The notes under the pieces are model-generated. The model had not been told where the DNA came from, searched no databases, and saw only the letters and a list, made by a program, of their open reading frames with translations. Shown here piece after piece: positions 39,960 through 52,334 of a stretch of DNA of 64,000 nt. The position numbers and the translations under genes are program-made. Numbering within the stretch: the stretch's first letter is position 1; the number at the start of each line of letters is the position of its first letter. This DNA is from Rhynchobatus australiae (taxonomy: Eukaryota), in NCBI GenBank assembly GCA_034780895.1, contig JAUZTB010000071.1, positions 13,482,920-13,546,919 of the forward strand. Direction: 5' to 3'.

Positions 39960-40522
39960 TGAATCCCTCATCTGCCTTCAGATTAGATTAATCCAATGAT
40001 TACCTGGTGAGCCTCTGTTTTCCTTTATAAACAAATTGTCGTCAAAAGCTCTGCCTCTATCCTAATTCACATCATGCCCTGTTCAAAAATCATCCCTTTA
40101 CTTTCTGCCTGCCACTGTCTCTTGGCCAGAAATGTCTTCATTTTAAAATTCTCATTTCTGTTTTTAAATCCCTCATCACTATCTTTCCTCTATCTTTGTA
40201 ACCTCCTCCAAATCTACAACCCTCTGAGATCTCTATACTTGCATCTGCAGTATTTTGAGCATTCCTGATATTATTTGTTCTGCTATCAGCGAACATGCTT
40301 TCAGTGGCCATGTTCTGTAATTCCTACATTTAATCTCTTTGTCTTGCTACCTTGCTTTTCTCCTCATGCCACCCCTTAAAACCTAACCCTTTGATTAAGT
40401 TTTTGGTTGTCTCATAATTGTTTATATCTGGGTCACTGTCAAAGTTTTGTTTCCTAATACTTTTGTGAAGCACTTTGGGGTGGTTTGCTGTAATAGGACA
40501 TTGTGTAAATGTAAGTTGTTGT
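39960..40522 (+). mobile_element. L2-like LINE 3' end
   Basis: ttttaaaattctca...tttttaaatccctc...tatctttgtaacctcctcca...tgtgaagcactttgggg...taaatgtaagttgttgt tail. Confidence 0.7.
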
Positions 40523-42164
40523 GAGTCTGGACTTCTTGGACTAACAGGAGGACTGTTGACTCAATGAAGTAAATGATCTGTCAGAGTAGGGAAGAAATAT
40601 CCAAGTTACATTAGCCGTACAGTAAGCTGCAGGCAAGTTCAGAGCTATTTNNNNNNNNNNNNNNNNNNNNTTGGGACAATATTTAATAGTTCTGCTATAT
40701 TCCAATAAACACAGAGCATCTATCACACCACAGTCAGGGCTTCCCTACACTGAATCGAAGTCTTAATGCACATTGTAAGGTTAGCACGCAGGCTGCTCCA
40801 GATTACTCCTGCAAAACTTCACCTATACTCAGTGTATTGCTGGCTGGAGACCCTTCAGTGACGTAGGCTCCACTTTAAGTCTTCAATCTCACAAAATTTT
40901 GTTTTACCATTTCTTCCAATTTTCATTGCTGATATTGAAAACCAAATGCACTGGCCAGCTGTTATAAAATGAACATTTTCTGTAGATCTTTGAGTTGTTT
41001 TGATTTTGCTTTTCACTTGTGAAGTTAACTAAACTTCTTTACTTCATGGTCACTTACAGATTATTCATTGGCTTCAGCTCATTGGATTAATTATACCCCA
41101 GAAATCAACAAGTATCCTTGACACCTCTATTCATTTGTGCCAAAAATTAACACAGAAAACATAATAAGGGTTTACTCCAAATAATATTCCTCATTCAAAG
41201 TCCAGCATATCTCTGATAGACTTTGCATATCCCTATAAGGCTCAGCAAAGGCAATACATAAACGTGGGCTTAAACTGTTGCTTAGGCAACTGTGAGCAAA
41301 GCTTAGTTCCCACCAGCAGTGCGATTCAGTGTGTGGCCAGTAAGTTGCTTTTCCCATGGCTGAGTTGGTTTGCTGGGGTCTCCCAAGATCTGGTTAGATT
41401 AGAAGCTTCGACGATGTTAAGGCAAGGGAAATAGGTGAAAAATGAGCAGTGGGCCAATGCGGAGAGGAGGATGTGGGCATTTATTTCCCCTGTTCTCTTG
41501 TTGGTAATCATGAATTACCTTTCCCTCTGTGTTAATCTCCTTTAACAGCTGGTGTTGCTTTCTGGATTTAGCCTGAGCTCTGTTTTTCTGTAATGGGGCT
41601 GCTGCTCAGCTTCCCTGTGTGATAAAACATACCAGAAACAGACAATGGTTGGATCTGTTCTCCACATCCTTTTTCTCTGATCCCTAAATCACTTTAGTTC
41701 AACCTTTTGGTTGCAAGTAAATGAGCCTTGTCTCCTCTGACATCAGTCAGCATAAAAACTGTACTGTAGACTAGACATTAACATTTGACCTGGTTTTTCA
41801 GTGCCACTATGAACAGTCCTCTTAACCATTCTGGCTTGATTCTCTGAAATTGCAAATGTGCTGCAGGCTGTTTCTCAAGCTCACTTTGACACACACTGTC
41901 TCCTGTTCCAACTCTAAACTTACTAGGCCCTCAGCACTTTGGAGTTCCTTATTTTTCTCCATGATTTGAAACCAAAGAAGTGTGTCAGCTAAAGACTGCT
42001 TCCTGATTTATCATGTCTTTTGTCTTTTGATGCCTGTAAGTCATCCTTTTACCTAGGATCTTCAGTGTCAAAGAATGACTAGCCACTTGAAGGCTTGAAG
42101 TGAATACCTAGGTAGAGGCTCATTCAACAAATGAGAGGGGTTTTAAATCCCAGTCAAGACCAAG

Positions 42165-42510
42165 ATAACAGTGGTGCAGCAGTTAGGGCTGCTGCCTCAC
42201 AGCTCCAGATACCTAGGTTCAGTCCCGAGTTCTGGCACTCTCCTTATGGAGTTTGCACTTTCTCCCTGTGACTATATGGGTTGCCTTTAGGTGCTCCAGT
42301 TTCCTCCTTCATCCTGAAGACATGCTAATAGTTTCAGTGAATTGCCCCTGGTGTAGGTGTGTGACAGGAGAATTGGGAGGACTTGATGGGTACAGTACAG
42401 AAAGTAGGTTACAGGGAAGGAAGTGCCGCAGTGGGACTGATTGAAATGCTCTGAGAGCTAGCATAGATTTCATGAGCAGAATGGCTCCTATGTTGTAAGA
42501 AAGTATAGAA
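42165..42510 (+). mobile_element. V-SINE (HE1-like), near full length
   Basis: tRNA head gtggtgcagcagttagggctgctgcctcacagctccag...ggttcagtcc, V-domain ggagtttgcac.ttctccctgtgac...ggtgctccagtttcctcc, CR1-derived tail. Confidence 0.85.
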
Positions 42511-42799
42511 ATAAGGGTGCTGCAAGTTGGTCTCAGTACCATATATTACTCAGAATTCCTCTTATTCTCCCACCTCGCCTACCACCCTTACTGGAAATGC
42601 ATGGACGTCTGGCTGTCTGATGCCCTCTGCAGTCAAATAGACTGATGATGTCATTTTATATCCAAATAATAGCTACACAAGAAGATGGTCAGTCCCAAGA
42701 AACCTGTAACCCGCTTTAGCGCAAGAGGTTTATCTGTGCAGAACAGTTGACTGGTCAAGATGATTAGCGATGTATATGAAATCCCATTGTTAAAACCTT

Positions 42800-43020
42800 G
42801 TGAGGGAGTGACTGGGTGGATGCTGAGATTTCAGAAGCAGGGGTCATAGTCTCAGGATAAGCAGAAAACTTTTGGAACTGAGATGAAAATAGAGTTCTTT
42901 GTGCAAAGGGTTGTTACTGTGGAATTCTCTACTTCCAAGTACCATGGATCCTCAACCACTGGTTATATTCATGGCTGACATGAATGGATTTCCAGACAAT
43001 AAGAATATCAGAAAATACAT
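42800..43020 (+). mobile_element. Old CR1 3' fragment
   Basis: ggggtcatagtctcaggataag...actgagatga...tgtggaattctctac. Confidence 0.6.
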
Positions 43021-43844
43021 AGATTTACTTTCCCAGGACAAATGAAGATCCTTTATGGACATTCGAATTCTGATCTCTCACAGGCCTTCACTGGCAGGCA
43101 TTCCGAAGCTTTACATCATTTACTTATAACCAGTAGATATCATAATAATTAGTGTTGATGGAATTGTGAGCTTTAATCATGTGGGATTCTGGCCATTATA
43201 TGAAAGCGGTAAATTAATGACCGAGATAACAGCCTGGCAACAGTTACAGAGACGAGCAATCTGTCGGACACTGAGCTGGGAAAGAACGTTGGTATAAATT
43301 GCACCTGTTGAACACAAAAGGCAAAACATTCTGAATCTGATGTTTAAATGTGGAAGGTTAATTAAAATGACTTCAGTGNNNNNNNNNNNNNNNNNNNNNN
43401 NNNNNNNNNNNNNNNNNNNNNNNNNNNNNNCAATTGATATATTTTACAACCATTTTTACTGTTCTGTTACAAGTCTGTTCCACAAAGGCAGTCTGCACCC
43501 AGCCAGCCTGTGGATGCCATAGAAAAAGTCAGGAATTCAATAGTGGTGGTCCAGGATCACATATAGTGGGGTTGGTTTGTCACTGATGTATGTTTGACCT
43601 CTTCTGCACACCCCTCATTTTCTTTTACTTCCAGATACCTTGGGATTCAAACAGATTCCTGGAGATTTTCACTGTATTGTTGGATTGGCTTGATCACAAT
43701 TTGCTTATATTCATTGAGTTTAGAAATAGGAAGAGGTTGAGCTTATTTCATGAACAAGATCATCAAATGGATGACTGATTTAAAATGGATAGTTTTAAGA
43801 TAGATGCTGAGAAACTCTACCCTATATCTTCAAAGGGTTAAGGA

Positions 43845-44227
43845 TTATAAACTCAGGGTAAGGGGTCAGACATTAGGACTGAGATGAAAAAATGTGAGTG
43901 AGTACAAAGGGTCCTAAAACTTTGATATAAAAACAAAAAAGCTGGTGACACAAAGGGGCAGGCAGCATTGGTAGAGAGAAAAGCAGAATTAACGTTTTGG
44001 GTCAATAACCCATCATCAGAACTGTAAATCTTTGGCATTTTCTATCAGAAGGAACTGTGGATACTCATATTCAGTATACTCAAGGCTGAGATTGGTAGGT
44101 TCAAGGAAATCAGAGGATATGAGGATCAGGTGGCAAACTGGACCTGATCATCCACGATCTTACTGAATGGTGAAGCAGACTCGCAGTGTCTTTTGGCTTT
44201 TCTTGATCATGTTCTTAACTGCTTATT
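43845..44227 (+). mobile_element. Old CR1 3' fragment, split by the insertion at 43925-44024
   Basis: taggactgagatga...caaaggg | aaatctttggcattttcta...tcaaggctgagattggtag...tgaatggtgaagcagactcg. Confidence 0.7.
43925..44024 (-). mobile_element. 100-bp Penelope-like insertion with near-intact minimal hammerhead and TSD-like flanks
   Basis: Minus strand reads cagtt CTGATGA t ggg ttattga ccc AAAA cg tt aatt; flanks are taaaactttg (43915-43924) and taaatctttg (44025-44034). Confidence 0.75.
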
Positions 44228-44379
44228 NNNNNNNNNNNNNNNNNNNNNNNNNNNNNNNNNNNNNNNNNNNNNNNNNNNNNNNNNNNNNNNNNNNNNNNNN
44301 NNNNNNNNNNNNNNNNNNNNNNNNNNNGTCTTTTGGCTGTTCTTGATCATGTTCTTAAATGCTTATGTGTGGGTGGTAC

Positions 44380-44600
44380 TTTGGGATTGAGGGTGACTTG
44401 CTTCCTCTCGAGTTCTGAGGTGATTGATGAGGCAAATCTGGGACTTGCAGGTTCTGCCGCCTGTGGAGTTGGAAGTCTTTGACCAGGCAGGTGGTGAGCA
44501 GTTTGTGAGGTGGTGGACTCTTTATGCCAAGTTTCTGTGTGTTCCTGACGCATGAACTCTGGGTTCTCCATTCCATCCTGGATGCTCCTCCTTGCCATCT
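44380..44600 (-). mobile_element. RTE-clade LINE 3' fragment
   Basis: Minus-strand peptides RRSIQDG and GRTCKSQICLINHLRT resemble the RTE ORF C-terminal zinc-knuckle region; tail ggaagcaagtcaccctcaatccc. Confidence 0.7.
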
Positions 44601-46224
44601 GTTCTTACCAATGTTAGTAATGATAGCAAAGTGACTGGCAAGAGTTAATACATGTTCCAGATGAGCTTAGTGATATTGGTCTCAGCCTTTGTTGTTCATT
44701 TTGATCCTCTCTCTCCTCCCACTCTACTTTATACTTCTTGCCAGCTCGGCTGGGAACAATCGGCGAACCATAGCAGGAGTATCTGACTGACAGGCTGGAC
44801 TTTGAATCAAACTCCATAAATCTGAGCCTGTTGCTGATTGGTTTAATTAATGTTTGGCAATTTTTGTTGAGCCTCGGTTGCAATTATCAGGAAAATATTT
44901 AGATTTCTAATATTTCATTTGTGGTTTTGAACACAAGTCAGCAGTTATGTTCCTGTAAGTTGGAATTGGTCGAAGCTGTGTAAACTGAACTTTTAGTCAG
45001 CGCAAGGTGGCCGTCCTTAATCGTCTGTTCATCTGTGTGCGGGAAAATGCATCAAGGCAGTGTGCAATGAACTTCAGATTCAACAATGGTTCAGTGAAGT
45101 GACAGCCTCCGAGAATGTTTCTGAAGCCCAAGGTATTTGGGAGTAAAGGAAAATGATGAGGAGTGTGTGGAAGAGGTCAGGCACACAGCGATAACAAATC
45201 AACCCCGCTATACATGATCCGTGACCCATCATTGGCAAATTCCTGACTCAAATGCCCCTCTCTACGGGNNNNNNNNNNNNNNNNNNNNNNNNNCAACTTC
45301 CTGAACTGTCAACACTTATGGGAACCAACAGCAGGAAAACCAAGGGCTTAGATCATTATACAGGTCACAGTTCACATGGCAGGGTGTCCTTTGGGGCCAC
45401 ACCATGCAATCTACATTTAGTGGTATGAGAAAGGAGAGCTGCAGAAAATGGTAGGGACATGTTCATTACCAGTGAGCGAGTTGATTTACTTTCATCCTTT
45501 AACAGGATAAAACCAAAGCAAATTATGTTAAATAACATTATCTAATAACTGATAAAGCAACAAAGACGTTGTCCCTTATTAATTTTATCAGAGTGAGGGT
45601 AGGATTCTTTTAATAACAGAAGGAATGCTCTCCTGTTTTGTATGTGTCTATTCTACTTTCAAAACACATGCTTTGTAGGAAACATATTTATAACACTATT
45701 AGATTATAAAGACACAAAGCTCTTTCAGTTAAAAGGGGAGGGCTTGAGGGCACACGTGTGGATGATTAAACAGCGCACTTGCACTGATACCAGTGCCATC
45801 CTGTTGTTTCCAGTTTGACCTGCTCTTCTGGGTAAAGAGCATTTGTTGGAAAGTAATGGGGCTGCCATTTTAAATATGAAAATTGGATCTTCGTGATGAC
45901 CGTAACACTCAGAGTAAGGATATGAATGGGAAGCAAATTTGAGCTCTTGCCTGACCCATTGACACCCGTGGTTTCCACGTCCGAAGTTTCTCTCCCTTAC
46001 GTGAAGCCCACCCCATTTCATCCCTCCACTTTGCTGAGTGCCAGAGACCACTTCTTTGATGCCTCACCAGTCACACAAACCTCAATGTTGCCCCAAGCAG
46101 GTGTTGGGGTGGGGTGGCAAAGGGTTAAAATCCCTGCCTCACACTGGGTAGGGCCACTCTGCGTGCTGTTGGCCTCCTTCTGCAGTGTCTGTTTTACTGT
46201 TGTATGGTATGTAGCAACATGCCT

Positions 46225-47250
46225 TCATAGAGTCATAGAGCAATACAGCATGGATACAGGCCCTTTAGCCCAACCACTCCATGCTGACCACGGTGCGCAC
46301 CCAGCTAGTTCCAACTTCCTGCATTCAGTCCATATCTCTCTAAGCCCTGCCCCTCTGTGTACCTATCTTAAATTATACCATTGTACCTGCCTCAACCACT
46401 TCCTCTAGCAGCTCGTTCCATATACTCACCACCAACTGTGTGGAAAAGTTGCCCCTCAGGTCCCTTTTAAATCTTTCGCCTCTCACCCTGAACCTACGCC
46501 CCGTAGTTTTGGACTGCCCTGCCCTGGGGAAAAGACAGTTACCATCCACCTTATCTAAGCCTCTCATAAGGTCACTCCCATTCTTCTACGTTCCAACTGC
46601 TCCCTATAACTCAGGCCCTCTAGTCCTGGCAACATTCTCATAAATCTTTTTCCAATTTAACCGTATCCTTCCTATAACCGGGTGACCAAAACCTTACACA
46701 TTACTCAAAGTGCTGCCTCACCAATGACTTGTGCAACTGCAACATAATGTCCCAACTCCTCTACTCAGTGCCCTGACTGATGAAGGCCAACATATTAAAT
46801 GCCTTTTTCACCATCCTCAATGAACTATGCACTTGTACTCCCAGGTCCCTCTGTTCCATTACACTCCCTAGTGCACTACCATTCATAGGACATGACCTAC
46901 ACTGGTTTGGCTTTCCAAAATGCATCACCTCACACTTAACTGTATTGAAATCCATTTGCCACTCCTTGGCCCACTTCCCTAACTAATCAAAATATGTCAT
47001 CTGCAAACTTACTGATCAAGCCCTTGTGCATTAGCATCCAATTCATTTATATAACTAACAAATAACAAGGCTCTCAACACCTCAATGCCTGTAGCACACC
47101 ACGAGTCACCGGTCTCCATTCTGAGAACAACTCTCAACCATTACATTCTACTTCCTAGCTCTGAGCCAATTTTGAACCTACCTAACTAGCTCTCCCTGGA
47201 TTCCATGGAACCCAACATTCCAGACCAGCCTACCATGCGGAACCTTCATT
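46225..47250 (-). mobile_element. CR1 (HER1-like) LINE, about 1 kb 3' fragment
   Basis: Minus-strand peptides MDFNTVKCEVMHFGK, QRDLGVQVHSSL and MRGLDKVDGNCLFPR...RGERFKRDLRGNFSTQLVVSIWNEL; tail catagagtcatagagcaatacagcatgga. Confidence 0.92.
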
Positions 47251-47354
47251 TACATGTCATATATAAATAAAATGCCTTTAGCTGCAATCCTTCAGAACTT
47301 TATTATCCTGTCATTTTCAACAAATGATTACTTTAGAATAAAGTTTTTTTTTAA

Positions 47355-47521
47355 ACAATCAACAATCTGCTGGAGGAGCTCAGTGGCTTGAGCTGCATCA
47401 GGACTTCGACCTGCAACATCGACAATTCCTTTCCTCCCACAGATGCTGCTCGTACCTCTGAGTTCCTCCAGCAGACTGTTTGTTGCTCCAGACTCCAGCA
47501 TCTGTAGTCTCTTGTGTCTCT
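47355..47521. mobile_element. Penelope-like terminal-repeat inverted pair
   Basis: aacaatctgctggaggagctcag ... ctgagttcctccagcagactgtt, ending ccagcatctgtagtctcttgtgtctc. Confidence 0.7.
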
Positions 47522-47989
47522 ATTTTTTTAAGTCTTCATTTCTTGAAAATTCCATGGGTTAATTGGCTTGGTGTCTGTAATCCACATAAATCTGATCAGC
47601 AGTATACAAGTCCATTTTAAGAAAGTTGAAATGCAGTTCGTGTTAACTGAACCAGACAATGGAATATCTTTATCTTGTCTTGAGACTCCATATAAACACA
47701 AGCAACAGATAGGTAGTTACTGATTTAAATTATAGAATTTATTCTTCCAATTAGCAATTATGCCTCATGCTCAAAGTCAGGAGGACTGGGTCACCGAGAC
47801 TTGACCTGGAATATGTGGCTCCTTCCCAGAACATTCCCTCAAAAGAGTCATTTTCATAAAGATTGAAAATCACCAAATCCCTGTTGGAGCATTGTAACTT
47901 TTTTTGCTGTTCGTGAACAATTTGGAGATTTGTTATTTCATTGCCCTCTCAAATGGTCTGATGCACATCTTGCTTCTTTTTCCTTTCAG

Positions 47990-48124
47990 TGGCAAAGTGA
48001 GACCCAGGAGTTCTGTCCCAGTGCCAAAGTGTTGGTGGTTGGGTGTAAGATTGACATGAGGACAGATCTGAATGTCCTGAGGGAACTCTCCAAGCAGAGG
48101 CTTATTCCAGTTACACATGAACAG
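47990..48124 (+). CDS. RND2: RND2 internal coding exon, equivalent to exon 4 (135 bp)
   Basis: Acceptor ttctttttcctttcag|TGG and donor CAG|gtacgt. Translates [45 protein letters not shown], with the G4 motif CKxD and the RND2-diagnostic [16 protein letters not shown]. Phase 0 joins in frame with the previous exon. Confidence 0.97.
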
Positions 48125-48130
48125 GTACGT

Positions 48131-48440
48131 ACATATTATGATAGAAGAGGAGGCTATTTGGCCCATTGATTCCATGCTGGCTCTCAGCAGAGCAAACCTA
48201 TCAGTCCCATATTTCCCTGTAACTTATTGCCTCTCACTTGCCCATCATCTCTCCTTAGATTCTTTTGTTGCTTACCTACAGTCATCAGCACATCTTTGGG
48301 GTGTGGGTGGAATCTGTAGTATGGGCAAAAGTGCAATCATAGGGAGAATGTAGAAACTCCACACAGATAGCATCCTATTCTGAATTGAGCCCAGGACTCT
48401 GTAGCTGAGAGGCAGCAGCACAAACTGCAGTTCCACGCTA
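48131..48440 (-). mobile_element. V-SINE (HE1-like), directly after the exon 4 donor
   Basis: agggagaatgtagaaactccacacagatagca...aattgagcccagga...gctgagaggcagcagcac is the reverse of the head and V-domain seen at 42165-42510. Confidence 0.8.
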
Positions 48441-50568
48441 GATTTTTTTCTCTTTATGCGCTTGAGGTGGCTGAACTTTGAGGAGTATACCTGACCTTAA
48501 AAGTGAGTTTTATATAGAAAAGGTTGTACATTAAATAAGACAACTGGATAGACACAAAAGACCATATGGGGCAGTGGGGGCGGAGGTCAACATCTGCATT
48601 CTGTTGGAAATCGGAGTACTGACTTCTGTATACACTTCAGTCCGCTGAAGGTCCCATTGATTCTATAGACTCAACACTCAAACATATTCTAAACCACTTA
48701 ATTCAGCTGCTGAGGGAAATGCATACACTACCTGAAAGTTGTGAAGAACCTTGAGTACCTGAAGTTAATCCATAATGGGCAGATGTTTCTGTTATTGCTT
48801 TTAATTTTTTTTCTTTACAATGAACTCATGGTTGCCTGGTCACTGAAGTCACTTTTTCAATGGAGCAGAGTTTCTGAGCTGAAATGGTTCAGGAAGCTTA
48901 AAATGCTGCACATATTCTTTCATTAATCTGAGAAACCACAATGACATGGCTGGCTTCACAATCCCTGCAGGACAAGCCCTATGTGATCGTCTCACACACT
49001 GATGAACAAAAACCTTTGACTCTCTTCAGCACCCACACCTCTCCCCTTGCAGCAAACAGATTTGTAGAAGGAACCACTCACTGCGCTGAAGTACATTACC
49101 TTGGCTTTGGTTAAACAAGATAACTGTGGGATTTACCATCTGAATAACAAGAAGAGATTAGATTATGCATTTACCATAATTTCTGTCAGAGTTTTAAATT
49201 ATCATGGACTCCTACAGGACAGAAAGGACTACTTGATCCACATGTGAAGGAGCCTTTTAATTAGTCCCACTTCCCTGTCCCACACAGATCCTGGAGTTGG
49301 GGCTATTCAGTATGCTCTGTATGTCAGTGAAAGGTGTTTTTTGACATCAGCACTATCGATAAAAGATTAACGTTCTTATTGATAACTGCAAATTTATTGT
49401 GTTAAACAGCACCTAGTTCCTGAAAATAGCTGTATCAACTATATTAATTACTGTCATTTTTAAAGTCCCAAACAATGTGTAATGGTGTCTTGATTCAGAA
49501 TTCATTGGTTACCTCTTTTATCACACTGCTTTGTGTCTCTTTGTTTCCCTGTAAAGCTTCACAAAACAGCACAACTTAAAGAACTGGTTCTATCATGTTA
49601 TACAATTAACAAAGCATGTGGCTGTATTACATTCCATCTACTTAACTCAAACAGCTGCAACAGTACCTGATAGTCCACAGGTGGCTGTTTCTCTTTAATT
49701 ATACTAATATTGTTACACTGGGTACCAAATCTCTCTGCACAAAGGCTGGGCCTTATTTATTTACCAGACTGCTTTTCACAACTCAGTGCTTGGATTAAAG
49801 TCTGTTCTCTCTTTTGCAGATCAGTATGAAATTAGATAGCTGTTCCCTTAACAGGCATGAGGTTGATTGAAAGGATACAAACAATAATTTGATGTAACAT
49901 GTCTAGAATACTTAGAATTTTAATGTAATCTATTGAAGAGCCAAGTTGTTCCTATGTTTAAACATTAATTATTTTCTTCATTTGTCATGAGAGAATCCTT
50001 TCTGAAATGCAGCCTTTAAGAAACTACCCAATCATATGCGAGATGTGATGTTCAGAGGTCTCTAATGAGGTGTTCAACCTCACAATGGCCTCCTCTTCTC
50101 TTCCCCAATACCCTCACAACCCCCAAGCATTGAATTACATTCGCACATGAAAGTCAAATGGTTCCTTAATGATGCTTATGTTTGCAGGGAGGTTTCTTGA
50201 AGGGGAAGGAGAAACAAGAGCAAGAGGCAGATTGGAGGGAAAGACTCAGTTTGACTTTATCTGAATTTTCACAATAAAACATATTTCTCACAAATGAGCT
50301 TCTGTTCTCTTCAAAAAAAAAACCCACAAAGGTCATCTAGTTCCAAAAGCAGCACTTAAAACAAAGTGAAGCTAAGCCTTACTCTGGCTATTTTGACATG
50401 CTTTTGAATTAATGCTGCTTGGATGCCGTTTCATGCTGTGCTCAAATTACTTGTATTGGACAACATAATGGATGAAGGTTAATTAAATGTGATGCACACA
50501 TTTCATGCTTTTCTTTATGCTGTGAAGGTTAACATTATGACTTTTATCCCCCTCCCTCCCCTTTGTAG

Positions 50569-50772
50569 GGCAGTACAGTGGCTCGGCAAATAGGAGCAAC
50601 GGCCTATGTGGAGTGTTCATCTAAAGCTTCTGAGAACAGTGTCCGTGATGTATTTCATGTTACAACCCTGGCTTCTGTAAATAAGATGCAAAAAAATCTG
50701 AAACGCAGTAATTCCAAGCGGGGGTTAAAGAGGGTATCACAAATGCCTGCAAGGACAGACTTACTGGATGAG
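50569..50772 (+). CDS. RND2: RND2 last coding exon, 5' part (interrupted by the N gap at 50773-50782; CAAX and stop not visible)
   Basis: Acceptor ccctcccctttgtag|GGC. Translates [68 protein letters not shown], with the G5 motif [14 protein letters not shown] and a polybasic tail typical of Rnd proteins. Confidence 0.94.
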
Positions 50773-52334
50773 NNNNNNNNNNAGGAGCAACAGGATTGTT
50801 GCCAAGTCCAAGGTCGGTACCCAAGGCTTTTCCTGGAGCCTCGGCCTCAAAACTGGCGATTTCTGAATCCAGAGAGCTGTTGCTTATTTATGAGGCTTGC
50901 AGATTGACTGTTGCTGTGTTGGCTTCTTGTGGAAAGGAACTAATGAAGAGGAAGATTAACCAAGTGTTTGAATGTTTGTGAAGCTGTGTTGCTAAGGGAG
51001 ATGTGGGCTGTTTGTATTGAGAACTGAATTTCTACAGGGACTGTAGGCAAGATTGATGGCAGTGATAGTTTTTGTGTTGTGAAGTAAAAATGTATGACAG
51101 TCACTTTGGATATTGCCTTTTAAAACAAACTCTATATAGGACTCTAACAAATGCACACCAAATATAATATTCCCATTTTTTCATTACCTTCAGAATTTTA
51201 GCATTACATCAGTGTTTGCACTAAACTTTCATAGACTCTGATAGGGAATGTTGTACACACTTGGAACTCTTATGGATTAGGAGACATTGCATTCCTCATC
51301 CATTATAAAGAAGTTACATAAAGAACTAAAATTCCCTCTTGTCAAATTGTGCCTTCATCACCTGGTATTGGAGGATTTGCTGCTGATGCTGTTAACACAG
51401 CTACCCAGAGCTACAGAGAAATAACGCAGTGCTGGGGTTTCTACTGTTTCCTAATGTGAAGCTGAAAAGCTCTCTTATGGAAAATTAAAGTACTTAATAG
51501 GAATTCATCCTTGGTTGAATGTGCCGAAAGGATTCTGTAGTATCATCTGCGCATATGAGTTATTTCTGAAATTCAGTTCCATTGACTTAAAAGGAACTGA
51601 ATGTTGGATACTGACTCCAAAATACACACATTACATTGCCTTTTACCACATCAGTTGTTTGGTACATACAACAGAGGATGAATTTCAGCTCCATGTAAAA
51701 AAATTTTAATGTGTGTAAATTAACACTCTTTCCAAACGGAAGGAGACCAGGGCAAGTTTTCTGTGATTGCGTGTCTCACCAAAATCATTACTGGTTCAGT
51801 CAGACAACGGCTAAGGGTCAATCTTCACCTTTCACCTTGTCCTTTCTCAAAATATTCTGTTATATTCCTTACCACAGTTCAAATAGAATGAGTTTAAGTG
51901 TCCATTGATGCGTTTGCCCTTTCTACAATTCTTACAGAGACTCTCTGATACTTTGAAGCAATTAGTTGAATTCCTCTCACCATGTAGCATTTGTGAATGG
52001 CCTTTTTGAATACAGTTCTGGAAGTGTCCAATTCATCATTTGTCAGAAATGGTTAATGAACAGTTCCTAGTTAGATTCACTACATTTTTTATAACTCGCC
52101 TTAAGGTGCTTCTGTACTTTAACAACAACTGAAGGAAAAATCAAAGTTGACCTTATAGGTAATCTAAGCTTCCTGTGACAGTCAATGCTAGGTTTGTTCC
52201 ACTGGGGTGAAGTTCTGTGATCATTTTATGATGTACTTGAGCTGAGTATTGAACCACTTTGTCATTCTCCTAGGGGGCATGTAGAGAGGCTCAAATGGTT
52301 GTATCCTCTGCTGCTGTAAGTGGTTCAGCATAAA

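Noticed and set aside
42165-42240. tRNA-like sequences (also near 111-170)
   Set aside because: These are decayed SINE heads, with no complete cloverleaf.
50783-50907. In-frame continuation EQQDCCQ...RLAD* as the true RND2 C-terminus
   Set aside because: It depends on the nominal gap size, has no Rnd homology and no terminal CAAX; it is probably 3' UTR.
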